From Octopus sinensis (Eukaryota), in contig NC_043022.1 of assembly GCF_006345805.1 (NCBI RefSeq), forward strand, positions 16,492,001 through 16,556,000: a stretch of DNA of 64,000 nucleotides, given 5' to 3'. The position numbers and the translations under genes are program-made. This document shows positions 27,887 through 40,229 of the stretch, piece by piece. Below the pieces are notes generated by a model, which was not told the origin of the DNA, ran no database searches, and saw only the letters and a list, made by a program, of their open reading frames with translations. How positions within the stretch are numbered: the stretch's first letter is position 1; each line of letters starts with the position of its first letter.

Positions 27887-28750
27887 CGAGGTCTGATCAA
27901 TGAGTATCAATAAGTAGCCATGCAGAGTTAAGCTGCTTGGCAGAGATTGATCTGGTACTCTGCTGTTTTAACATTCTAGCTCACTTCTGCTGTTTACAGC
28001 AGTGCTTGGAAGGAAGGTGTGTAGCATGTGATAATCGCATGGACCATGACAGAGAAAATTGTCATGTTGTACCTGCTTAGAGGCCTATGCAAGGTTGCAG
28101 AAGGTGTATGGAGAGGGGTATATGAGTCGCACACAAGTGTCTGAGTGGTTGAGTAGTTTCCAAGATGGCCAAAGAAAATGTTGATATTGATGAACATTCT
28201 GGGAGACCCACAACCAGCAGAACTGAGAAAAACATGGCAGATGTGCATGCAGCTGTGAGAGGAAATTGTCGAATCCCCATCTGTGAGTTATCAGAGGATG
28301 TGCAGATTAGTTACGGCTCAGTTCAGTCCATTATCTCTGAAGATTTGGGTATGAGACGCATGTCTGCCAAGTTTGTGCCAAAACTGCTTTCAGCTGACCA
28401 AAAAGACACTCGGGGTTTCAAGTTGCACAAGATCTCATTGAATGTGTCAAGAAGGATGAAAACTTTTTGAAAACTTTGCGTAGGCCACTGAACAGGTATT
28501 TCCAAGCTTTTGGCAAAATTTGATGCAGATTCTCTGCTCAACTTGCACTGTTAATATCAATACGATGATCACGCGCTACGCACCTTCCTTCCAAGCACTG
28601 CTGTAAACAGCGGAATTGAGCGAGAATGTTAAAACTTAGTGCACATAAACAGCAGAGTTCAAGGTCAATCTGTGCAAAGTGGCTTTACTCTGCATGCTTT
28701 AGCTTTGTTACTATGGTAACTATCCGGATATATATATCGATCAGACCATG
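27887..28750 (+). mobile_element. Non-autonomous mariner (Tc1/mariner) derivative with long inverted arms
   Basis: TA target duplications at 27885-86 and 28751-52, cgaggtctgatcaa / gatcagaccatg termini, and an internal transposase fragment. Confidence 0.9.
28046..28470 (+). pseudogene. Mariner transposase N-terminal (HTH) fragment
   Basis: DEHSGRP...ELSEDVQISYGSVQSIISEDLGMRRMSAKFVPKLL (WVPHEL-equivalent motif), frameshifted and lacking the DD34D domain. Confidence 0.88.
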
Positions 28751-29208
28751 TATAGTCATGTATTGAGTCCTATATTTTCCTGATTGCATCACCAAAGTTA
28801 TAACTTGGAGTATAAATTTTTCTACCTTTTGCTTCTTTTTGTTTTCTTCCTATGTTTGTCTTCAAAAGATTGGTTAAACATTGTAACTAATCAACATTTT
28901 CTGTTATAAAAATAATACAAAACACTAATTTCTATGACATCTCTGTGTCTTGTGATTAGACTTTAGGAAAAAGAAAACAAAACAAAAATAACTTCTGCTT
29001 TTTAAAAAAAAATAGAAAATAAAAGTAAAGACAAACTTTACAGGAAAAATGGAGAAATGGCCAGAAATGATGGCAATCATCAGCATCATCATCGGTTTTG
29101 TGTCTGGATTTTTGTGCTTGCATGAGTTAGAGGGGTCATGTTTAGCTCTCAACATCTCATCACTTGCTGCACACCTTTGTTATGTTACTATTCTCAGATT
29201 CAGTATCC

Positions 29209-29307
<99 letters not shown>

Positions 29308-29369
29308 CTGATGCAGAGAAGGAATTGAGATGCAGGGAAAGCAGTAAAATGTGACAACTGATGCAGACT

Positions 29370-29725
29370 TTGGTCCCAGATTCAGTCTCACTGTGTGACA
29401 CCTTGAGAAAGTATCTTCAGCCATGGCCTTGGGTTGACCAAAGCCTCGTGAATGGATTTGGTAGATGGAAACTGAAAGAAGCCTATTGTGTGTGTGCATG
29501 TGTGCGTGCGTGCGTGTGTGTGTATCCGTGTGTCCATGTCCCACCACCACTTGACAACCAGTGTTGATTTATGTTCCCATGACATAACAGTTCAGTGAAA
29601 GAGACTGATAGAATAAGTAGTAAGCTGAAGAAAATATAAGTACTGGGGTTGATGAATTTGACTGAAAGTTCTTCAAGGCAGTGCCCCAGCTTGGCCATAA
29701 TCTAATGAGTGAAACAAGTAAAAGA
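29370..29725 (+). mobile_element. Family A SINE, old
   Basis: Same modules as the 27490 copy. Confidence 0.8.
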
Positions 29726-31619
29726 TGTAAGATGTATATGTGGGAAGGTGAACATATTGAAATATCTACATCAAAACATCACAGGATCAAATTCAAGTTT
29801 TCCTTTTATTACCGACTTCAAACCTGCTCACAATTAGGTGTCCACTTCCCCCATTGTCCGGCGATAAAATATTTAGTGACTTTCACTTGAGAATGATAAT
29901 TTAGCACTTCACACTGCAAAAGATATGAAAGCTATCATCTTCAGCTAATTGTGAAATCCTCTTAAAAAAGAGGCATCAGGTAACCACAGTCAGTCATTTG
30001 ATGCTGTCGTATTCCAATAGAGCTTTGTGATTTGATTATCTCGTTGTTGTCAGTATGGCAGCTGTGGCTGGAGGGCACCCAATCAATATTGCACTTTGAC
30101 ACACATACTGAAGCTCTCCATTCAATCTGCATAAGACATTTCACATTACTTCTTTCAGATTAGCTCCATACACCTCGGCTTCTATTATCTTCAAAAGAAT
30201 ATTTATGTTAAACATCTAATTATATGAAGCATTTGAAAAGAGCAGCCACAATTGTTGACCGTGTTGAATTATTGAGTTTCTTTTCACTTTGTTAACTCTG
30301 GTCTTTCCTCAGCGGAGTACCATTATTTCTCCATAAAATATTGTATTTGGCACCATTTCAGAATACTTGGGGCGAGGGTTAATTGCCTGTTATTGTAACT
30401 ATTCGTGATCATTGATTTTAACATGTTCAGACTGAATTTGAAAACTGTGTATCATAATTACTTCCCTACATAATGAAACCACACAAACAGACCCCTTTTT
30501 TTTTTTCAGAACTACAGATAACATCGAAATGCTATCAGATATGCTCTCTTTCTTTTTTTTTTTGTTTTGTTTTCAGCACCTTAGACTGTAACATCTTAGG
30601 GAATCGAGTTAGTGATAGATTTTGATTAATGAATATAGTCGTTTCAATACATAGAAATTTCTAATACTATTATGGAAGAAACTGAGCATCGTCTCTTCCC
30701 CTTCCCCAACCCCTAAACAGCTTCAGGTTCATCTGAAGAATACATTGAGATACATTGACTATAATAGCAAACTACACGTGACTCTTTACATCTGATAATG
30801 ATAAAGGCTGTTTCTGAAAATCAAAAAAAAAGTTAATTTAAATTGTATGCATGACTGTTACATCCATTTTATTGGTTTTGTAAAAATGTGACATGGAATA
30901 TAAGTGAGCTGATTCTAAAATCTGGTTCTTTTTTGGTGTTATGGCATGGAGTGGCTACCCAGGAAACATTACCAACCACACAGTAGTAATCCATAGTAAG
31001 ATATCATCATTCAACATCTGCTTAAAATTGAACCTGACAGATATGTTGTTATTGCCCCATAAGGCAATTCATAGAAGCAGAACCAACTTCAGTTTTTGGT
31101 AAAGCAGATTGAAGGAGGATAGTATTTTGAATAATAAAACACAAGAACAGGAATTAACTCATTGGAGAAAATATGGAAAATCAAAGTGAGAAATTCTTTG
31201 TGAAGTGAGAGGGAATCAAAATGCCAAACTGTGTGATGAGGTTTGACATAAAAACCAACAAATTATATTAGAGAGGAAGTATGTTAGAGATGACATGTTT
31301 AGAATATAACAAACAGAGGTAATATGAATGGATATAAGAATAAAGAGTCGAAATTCATTACGGTGTGTGTCTGTGTGTCTGTCTGTTTGCTTATGTATTT
31401 GCTGATGAGATGAACATAAATTGTAGGCAGTGTTATGAGAGCATTTACTAAATATATTATTAATGGAGCAAAGGAGTAATTAAGATACTATTGTAATTAA
31501 TCAAAGTGATATTAAGGGATAGGTATGACACTTAATCCTGCCCCCAAGGTAGAACCAAAATGAAGGTCAGCACATAGATAGAAGCTGTGCGTATCTTGTA
31601 CACAGCCACTGTATCAAAT

Positions 31620-31850
31620 TGAATCAATCATTAGACTAGTCACATATATTCAATTATTGCTGGTTGGCAAGTCAGTGTTTGATTTAATAGCAACCACAAA
31701 CAACTGGTGTCATTAGAGCGGCACTTCTCTGTGTGCAAAGAGCGGTGGAATTAATCATTGGCAGCCTGTATGGAAGTGTAATTTGTATTAATCAGTAAGT
31801 CTTCTGTTGTCAGCCATTACAGGGATAAATTTGACAGAGCTGACAGGAGA
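31620..31850. promoter_or_regulatory. Candidate TALE/Hox-type enhancer
   Basis: ATCAATCA at 31623-30, TGATTTAAT at 31680-88 and TGACAG twice at 31832 and 31841, in non-repeat sequence. Confidence 0.25.
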
Positions 31851-32414
31851 AAATAGAGAGAAATTGAAACTAATAAACAGACACACATGTAATTTGGTTT
31901 TGTTGTATTAGATTGAGGAAGTTGATGCTATATTTTTCAATGCATCCTCTTCAAGAACCTAGAAAAGTATTTAGAAAATGTAATGAGTGTTTTTTAATTA
32001 ATTAGCTAAGAACAGTTAATTCTGATTGCAATGGAATTTTCAGTTGTAATCACAAATTGAAGAAGTTTCAAAAAACTATTTCATGTTGTCTTTGACTTAG
32101 GTTTCAAGTTCTTTAAAATCTACTAAAGTTGATTTAAATAGTAAACTCAGAACTCTATATTTGAGATGCATAACCACAAGGGTTCTTCATTTCTATTTCC
32201 TCAGGATTTACTCATCCCACTGTGTTCTTAAATCTGCCTCTCATTATCTCAGTCGTTATGGAAAAGAAACCTCAATCCATTCAGAAATTTGTATCTGAAT
32301 CCCTTCTTGTTAAAATAGTCAATAGGATGCTTTACAGGTTGTGAAAGGTATAATACAAGTCTACCTTGTTATAAAACTGGTATCTTTCAAAACAATAATG
32401 TTAAAATGTGATAT

Positions 32415-32618
32415 ATTGGTTTCAGATTTTGGCACAAGGCCAGCAATTTTGGGTGAGTGGGGCTAAGTCGATTACATCAACCCCTGTATTCAACCGGTAT
32501 TTATGTTATCAACCCTGAAAGGATGAAAGGTAAAGGTGATTTTAAACTCAGAATGTAACAATGGACGAAATGCAAGCATTTTGCCTGGTCTCCTAACAGT
32601 TCTGCCAGCTTGTCACCT
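32415..32618 (-). mobile_element. Family B SINE
   Basis: gtcgattacatc...gaaaggatgaaagg...aactcagaatgtaac...ctgccagct. Confidence 0.8.
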
Positions 32619-32789
32619 AAAAAACTGGAATCTTTTAACATATTATAAACAAGGGGATAGAAGAAGGGAATTTACCTTTGATCCACTAAGACAAAACAAC
32701 AACTAAAAGAAGAATATCAGCTCCTTTGGGTTGTCAGAGTTTACAAATTTTTATTTCAACATAGGAGCTCTCAGTACAACACAGACTGT

Positions 32790-33008
32790 CAAGCAGTGGT
32801 GATTGTGGTGGGGGTGGATAAGCACAGACACAAAGATACACACACACACATAAAATGGGCTTCTTTCTTTTTCCATCTATCAAATCCATTCACAAGGCTT
32901 TGGTTGGTCCCAGGCTGTAGTAGAAGACACTTACCCAAGGTGCCACACAACGGGACTGAACCTAGAACCATGTGGTTGAGAAGCAAGCTTCTTGCCACAC
33001 AGCCTTGC
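32790..33008 (-). mobile_element. Family A SINE 5' half
   Basis: gggactgaacctagaaccatgtggttg...cacacagcc. Confidence 0.85.
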
Positions 33009-33663
33009 CTGCACCTATCATAGTTGAGCATTTTATCAGAGATATATGATTGACTAATTGACTGATGCTAGCATAAGTCATCACTCACTCCGCTTCGACA
33101 CTAGTGACTATAAGTGAAGTAGTTTAGTGGTTTTTCTCCACACTATTAACCTAATCTCTTGTGTTTGTTTTCAAAAAAATAAATCCAAACTTTGAAGTTA
33201 ATCGTGTGGAAAACCCAAACAACTCTGTTTTAAAAGTTGATTAACATTTTAGGAAATGGTTAACATGTTTGAAAAATCTTCTACGTAAGATATTTACATT
33301 TTATTTATTTAAAACGTTTTTTTTTCCTCTCTGCCCATTAAATGGTTGTGAATTGGCTGAAAATGTTCTAAAATTGAAGAACTGTTGATTTACTGATGAA
33401 TGCTTTTCTTAAGACAATATATATATGTGTGTGTGTGTGTGTGTGTACATATATACATATACATACACACATCGTTAATACTTTCTCTTCATTTTCTGTT
33501 TCTTACTCTTATTATTGTTATTGTTCAAATATATATCTCTGTATAAAGAGTGTGTATACACACTCAGACGCACATACATATATTACCCAACCCAAATACC
33601 ATACAGCATTGGAAGCAGATGCAAAATCATGATATACATACATACGATGCTGATGATATATCG

Positions 33664-33694
<31 letters not shown>

Positions 33695-33831
33695 GTAAGA
33701 TGATGATGATATGTATGTATGTATGTATGTGAGTGTATTGAAAGAGAATGTTATGTGTGTTAGATATAAATTCAATTTTTGGACTCTACTGTTTGTAAAT
33801 AGCTTTAGTTTATTGAGAATATAAAGCATGT

Positions 33832-33864
<33 letters not shown>

Positions 33865-34226
33865 TGTATATATACACACACACACATGCTGTGGGATAAT
33901 GTTTTATAAGCACATATGTTGGCTTCTCATAAATGTTTTCTTTACTGTTGCCTTTAAAGATCTTTGATCTTGGATTAAATTCTTAATTTATTTACGAATT
34001 TATGTAGGTATATCACACACACACACTAACACACATATATATGCATGCACACATGCACATGCATGTGTGCACACATACAGATGCATGTGCATATGCATGC
34101 GCACACACACACACACACGCACACATGTAAACCATTTGTAAATATATTTCAATTCTTACTTTGTATTTTTTATTAAGTTTCTGGAAATTTCTTTTAATTT
34201 CAGGTCCATCATGTAGTCACTTGTAA

Positions 34227-34290
34227 ATGAACTTTGACCCAGCAGAGATGGAAGGGTCATCTGTATCAAACAAGTCACAAAATAATCAAG
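34227..34290 (+). CDS. Candidate first coding exon (exon 34204-34290), MNFDPAEMEGSSVSNKSQNNQ, phase-1 end; host gene unidentified
   Basis: Strong acceptor (tttcttttaatttcag, ending 34203), consensus donor AAG|GTAAGT at 34291, in-frame TAA just before the ATG, unique sequence. Confidence 0.5.
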
Positions 34291-34731
34291 GTAAGTTAAT
34301 TAATTCACTAATCAATTTCCTTATTTTCAAACTCTGTGTTTCTTAAAAAGTTCTTGATAAAAAGCTTGCTAATTCAATTATTGAAATTAAATGAAACCAT
34401 ATCTTTATTTATATCTTATTTCCCCTGTTATATATTCAATATGTATTGATCTCTACAAGTAAACCAATCACTCTGAAAATAGACGATAGAGAACAACTTA
34501 TTGAACTGTGTAAATCCCATAAAGGAAATGGTTAGAATGGAGAAGGAAAACTGTGAAACTAGGAAGGAAACTGGTGGAAATAGATTCTATTAGGACTACA
34601 GAATTATGGGTGGGTGGTTAGGAAGAATGGTTCAGTCTCACTTCGTAGCACTTTAGGAAGGTGGTATCTTCTGTTGGGTTAACTGGTGTTTTGTGAGGGA
34701 TATTTGGTCAATGAAATCTGTGTGTGTGTGT

Positions 34732-34947
34732 AGGTCATTGCCAGTGCCACCTGACTGGCTCCCATGTCAATGGCATGCAAAAAGCACCCACTACACTCTT
34801 GGAGTGGTTGACATTAGGAAGGACATCCAACTGTAGAAACCTTGCCAGAACAGAGTGGAGCCTGGTGCAGCCTCCTGCCTTGCCATTCCTTGGTCAAACC
34901 ATCCAAGCCATGCCAGCATGGAAAGCAGATGCTAAATGATGGTGATA
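34732..34947 (+). mobile_element. Family C retroposon with one head unit
   Basis: ggtcattgccagtgccacctgactggc head, core and ctaaatgatggtgat tail. Confidence 0.85.
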
Positions 34948-34948
34948 T

Positions 34949-34987
<39 letters not shown>

Positions 34988-35102
34988 CAAAGAGCAATAA
35001 AGATTCAAGTTAATTTAAAAAAATTTACTTGAATATGGTACCTAACTTAGATGCACCAAAAAAAAACTATACTGATTTAACAATACAGTAATGTGGGGTG
35101 AT

Positions 35103-35217
35103 TATAAGCGAGAAAGAAGCAACAAGAATGGATAGGTATTTAGTACGATCGTTTATACAAGGACAGGTATGAAACGATCGTACTAAATACCTATCCATTC
35201 TTGTTGCTTCTTTCTCG

Positions 35218-35223
<6 letters not shown>
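35103..35223. repeat. Perfect 52-bp inverted repeat (fold-back hairpin)
   Basis: 35103-35154 is the exact reverse complement of 35172-35223, with a 17-nt spacer. Confidence 0.95.
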
Positions 35224-35250
<27 letters not shown>

Positions 35251-35253
<3 letters not shown>

Positions 35254-35540
35254 TAATCCAAACAATTGGACTGTTCAGTCACAGCAGACGCTGCTCATCA
35301 TCAAACTAGGCCCCACCCTTGGCGCGACCCATTGTCTATCAAGACAGACGGGAGAAGAGAGAGAGAGAGAATCCAAACAAGAAAGCACAAAAAAAACACA
35401 ACAACGCGAGGACGTGGAACAAATATAATATTATTGGACGCTCAGGACGTTTTGAGCGGAGCTCTTCGTCGGAAACATAGGAGAAGGAAAGATCCAGAGA
35501 AGGGAAGACAGAGGGAAAAAAATCGCCAACGGTACACACA
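35251..35540 (-). mobile_element. Penelope-like terminal repeat with hammerhead-like motif, interrupted by a 104-bp insert
   Basis: (TA)n-flanked. The minus strand has CCGACGA-A-GAGC-tcc-GCTC-AAAA-CGT and shares cctgagyg with the 41821 element. Confidence 0.55.
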
Positions 35541-35549
35541 TATATATAT

Positions 35550-35880
35550 GAGTTGATTACATCGACCCCAGTGTTCAACTGGTACTTATTTTATCGACCC
35601 CGAAAGGATGAAAGGGAAAGTTGACTTTGGTGGAATTTGAACTCAGAACGTAGCAATGGGTGTAATACTGCTAACAATTTCTTCCAGCTCACCACCTTCA
35701 ATAATAATAATAATGATAATAATAATTCTTTCTAATTTTGGTACAAGGCCAGCAATTTTGATGGGAGTGGGTTTGTTAATTAAATTGGTCCCAGTACTTG
35801 ACTGATAATTTACTACATCAGCTCTGAAAGGTAAAGTTGATTTTGGCAGGATTTGAACTCAGAATGTAAAGAGCATAAAT
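35550..35880 (-). mobile_element. Two tandem family B SINE copies
   Basis: Two sets of gattacatcgaccccag / gaaagg..aaagttga / gaatttgaactcagaa. Confidence 0.8.
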
Positions 35881-36769
35881 TGGTATATTGAGCTTGGTAT
35901 ATTTGTGCCCCAGTGGCACTTTGATGGTATGCACTCAATAATAATAGTATGCTCCCACTCAACAATAATAATAACAACAACATTTTATCTATTTATTACT
36001 GTCTTAGTGTTTTGTAAAAAAAACTTTATCAGACAATATTCAACAAATTGAAGTCCAACATGAAATTTCATTTGTGTCTAAGATTTAATTAGAAAGTCCA
36101 GATGTAGAAAATGCATTTCCCCCTCTGTTGTAACCGTTGATATTTTATTGAAAAAAAAAAAAATTCTCAAGTTATTTAGTATTATAAATGTTCATCAGCT
36201 GGTGCTATTGAGTTAGAAATGGCCTGGGTCACTTGTGCTTGGCACTTAATTGAAGTATTATGGAAAGACACAAAGAAAATAACATCCATATATCACAAAC
36301 TATGAAACTAGTCTCCCTCACTTCTCTCTCTCTCTCTCTCTCTCTTTTCCTGCTGTTTTTCACATTTCTTATTTATTTTCAACTTAATATTGAAAGAAAT
36401 TTTAATTCTATTGAATAACAGTAAAAATTCATTCTAGCATAATTTCCTTCAATGCAACTTATGTAAATTTAAACTTTATGAAGTCTTCTCACAGAATATA
36501 AAATTAGCCTTAAAAATCTCTTTATTATCATCAATATAATGAACTATTTTTTTGTTCTTTTTCTCTCACATAATGGCAATCTATTTCCATCTAAGATTCC
36601 CAAACCGAAGTAATATCAATGTCTTGGTGGATGAAAACAGACCATTTCATTAATTTTAAATACAGAACTGCCTGTACAAGACAATGGATTCTTATTGCTT
36701 ATTATTGGTGATTAAAACAAACATTTTATAAAATAACAATTTCTTAATATTTTAAGGCTAGACACAAAT

Positions 36770-36900
36770 GTAGCTTTGTGGTTAAGCAGCTCGGCTTACA
36801 ATCATGGGTCTTCAGGTTCAGTCTCAGTGCATGGTACTTGAGGCAAATGTATTTGTGAGTGACCCATAGTAAATTGAAACTGTACTAAAGCCTGTCATGC
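36770..36900 (+). mobile_element. Family A SINE head, old
   Basis: gtagctttgtggttaagcag...caggttcagtctcagtgcatggtac. Confidence 0.6.
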
Positions 36901-37229
36901 ATGTGTGTGTGTGTTTGTGTGCATGTGTGTGTGTGTGTGTGCACATGCGTGTGGGTATGCATGTATACACACAAATACACATGTATATGTATATATATAT
37001 ATGACTGACAAATTGCACAGAAGCCCAACAAAGAAACGCAGGGAAAAATCACACACAAGACTTGGATGTGCTCATCCCTCATCAGTTATTGGCCAAAAGT
37101 CATCACAGTTTCATACCATTATCAATAAGCTTGTTCATGTTGTTAGCATAAGTATGTATATATATCTCATTCATCATTTAATGACCACTTTTCCATGCTT
37201 ATGTTGGTCAGATAGAATATACAGGCGAC

Positions 37230-37390
37230 AGGCTTCTTTCAGTTGTTTTCATCAGTCAAATCCACTTGTAAGGCTTTGGTTGGCCTAGGGTTGTAGTAGA
37301 AGACATTTGTTCAAAATACCACACAGTGGGACTGAACCCAAAGATCACATGGTTAGGAAGGAAGTTTTTCAACCATAGAGCCATGCCTGT
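37230..37390 (-). mobile_element. Family A SINE 5' half
   Basis: gtgggactgaacccaaag...catggttagg. Confidence 0.75.
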
Positions 37391-37629
37391 ACCTCTCACA
37401 CACACACACATATATAAATATATTTATGCGTGTATGTGTGCACACATGTTTATGTCCCCTACTTTAAGGGTTGAAATGCAGCTATAAGAAGCTGACTTAA
37501 TAAATTCTGGGGTTGATTTAATTGGCTCAACCTTACAAGATAATGCTGTAGCATGACCGTGGTCCAGTGACTGAAACATGTCAAAAAATAAAATGTCCCT
37601 GTGTGATATATATTTTAATATATATATAT

Positions 37630-37869
37630 ACCTTCCATGCTGGCATGTAAAAAGTACCAACCGATCATGGCCGTTGCCAGATCCCTCTGGCCCCTGTGCC
37701 GGTGGCACGTAAAAAGCACCCACTACACTCACGGAGTCGTTGGCATTAGGAAGGGCATCCAGCTGTAGAAACACTGCCAGATCAGACTGGAGCCTGGTGC
37801 AGCCTTCTGGCTTCCCAGACCCCAGTTGAACCGTCCAACCCATGCCAGCACGGAAAACGGACGTTAAGC

Positions 37870-37897
<28 letters not shown>
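37630..37897 (+). mobile_element. Family C retroposon, young-looking
   Basis: Tandem units, intact core with CpGs retained, long (GAT)n tail. Confidence 0.9.
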
Positions 37898-37900
<3 letters not shown>

Positions 37901-39014
37901 TTGAAGAAATTTTCTTGTCAGTTAATTTCTATATTATATGAAGTTTCATAGCACTCAACCTAGTTTATTGTGCAGTCTTATGGATTTCTTGCCTGGAAGT
38001 GCATTCCTGATGGCTTTTAAGATGTAATTACACACACGTATGCACACACACATGCACACACATGCACACATGCACACACGCATGCACACATCTATATCAG
38101 TAGACTTGTGAGAGACCAGGTTTTGATTGTTCAATAGAATAGATATTTTGATTTTGTAAGATGCTAAATTGTTTCCTGTCTACCTCGTACATGAAAAGAC
38201 GGTAATAATGCTGAATTGTGCATCTGGTGGTGATGGTGATGGTGATAATAGCACTGGTAGGGGCGGCAGCTAGCTCTTATTAACGTACGAAGTACAACAA
38301 GATTTCTATGGAACTACTCATGAAAGAACAGTCTCCCAACAACAAAAACATTAACGAAATCACCCCCACCCCCGCCCCCCACTACCCCCACCCACAAACC
38401 CACTTTCAGAGACATGTCTGAAATTTTAAATACTTAATTACAGCTTTTCTTGATATCATCATTGGTTATGTTTTGTTCAGTTGCTTCCTTCCCTGCAATG
38501 GAAAGAAAATCTTGGAACTTACCACTCTCCGATTCTGTCTGTTTGTCTCTCTTTCTCTCTCTCTCTCTCTCACATATAATGAGAATACTCACTTGTCGAA
38601 TTGTCACTTACTAAAATTGTTTTAACTTCCTTTCTGCAATTTGAAACCTAAATAATTGACAAAGAATTTATGGCCATTTAGGGAAACTACTTCCTGTTGC
38701 TTTGAACATTCATATCACTTGTCTTATTAAAGCTGAAGAAACTACATTGGTGACCCGTGAGCTGAGAGTTTTGTGTGAATGCACTTAACCAAACTCATGT
38801 GTTCACCCATAATTCCCAGTCCTTAAGCCACTGATGCAGTTTCTCCTACACAATAAACTCATTATAAACACTTCTGTTTCACTCGTTTTTATAGACAAAC
38901 CTATCACTTAGGGACTACCTCTCTCTCCAGTCACATATTCATTGCTTTTTGCCCAACATTTCAATAAAATTACAAGGGGTCTTCACACCAAAGTGACGTA
39001 TTGATAATGTCATT

Positions 39015-39210
39015 GTTGAATCCCTGGTTGGCCCTGGTTGGCCCTGATTGATCAGATCCATAACAAAAGGTGTATTTCATTTGTGACCACTCTTGTGCAT
39101 TAGGGACAACACTGTCCATTATATCATTTCATGTGGTAGAGTGCTATTTAAGAGAGAGGTTTAACTGCTATTTTGTGCAGGTCAAGTGACTACATGCAGG
39201 ATCCCTTGTT
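39015..39210 (+). mobile_element. Family F repeat
   Basis: ccctgattgatcagatccataacaaaagg ... actgctattttgtgcaggtcaagtgactac. Confidence 0.5.
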
Positions 39211-39697
39211 GACATGAAATGCAATGAACTTGCAGATAGTTTTTGTTATAGGGAGTTATTCAGTGCCCCCTTAAGCCATATGCACCATAGACTATTGACT
39301 GGTGGCCCCACAGGTGCTCTAGGGATTTCAGTGCTTTGGCTATCTGTGTTGCAGACCCAGGGCATTGTTTGACTTAGGTCTCCACTATATTGCTGCCAGG
39401 CAGGTCTAATGGCTTCAGCTTTTAAGTGCATTGATTATAAAAACAGATATAATTACAATGAAACAGCTAAGGACCCTGATGTTTTTATGGAAACAGCTAA
39501 CAGTGGGGCTGTGATGTTTTTGCCTTTCAGTCAGCTGGGAATTGATACAAAGTTGTAAACTTGGCACGCAACAACAATTACAACAACGATATAAGACAAG
39601 TTATCAATATCTGTAGATTACTAACTGTGTGTGTGTGTGTGTGTGTGTGTTTAAGTACATTGTTAAATGTATCTTTATGTGTTTATATATATATATA

Positions 39698-39892
39698 CTC
39701 TTTTACTCTTTTACTTGTTTCAGTCATTTGACTGCGGCCATGCTGGAGCACCGCCTTTAGTCGAGCAAATCGACCCCGGGACTTATTCTTTGTAAGCCCA
39801 GTACTTATTCTATCAGTCTCTTTTGCCGAACCGCTAAGTGACGGGGACGTAAACACACCAGCATCGGTTGTCAAGCAATGCTAGGGGAACAA

Positions 39893-39969
<77 letters not shown>

Positions 39970-40134
39970 TACGACAGGCTTCTTTCAGTTTCCGTCTACC
40001 AAATCCACTCACAAGGCATTGGCTGGCCCGGGGCTATAGCAGAAGACACTTGCCCAAGATGTCACGCAGTGGGACTGAACCCGGAACCATGTGGTTGGTA
40101 AGCAAGCTACTTACCACATAGCCACTCCTGTGCC
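39698..40134 (-). mobile_element. Full-length, young family A SINE
   Basis: All modules intact and CpG-rich; (TA)n on both flanks. Confidence 0.93.
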
Positions 40135-40140
40135 TATATA

Positions 40141-40229
<89 letters not shown>

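Noticed and set aside
31100-31330. L1 ORF2 C-terminal relic (LEKIWKIK...KLC)
   Set aside because: Too few conserved residues to support a call.
38161-38201. Possible phase-1 exon (DAKLFPVYLVHEKT); similar candidates at 46164-46198 and 61205
   Set aside because: Splice signals are mediocre and such pairs are expected by chance in 64 kb of AT-rich DNA.
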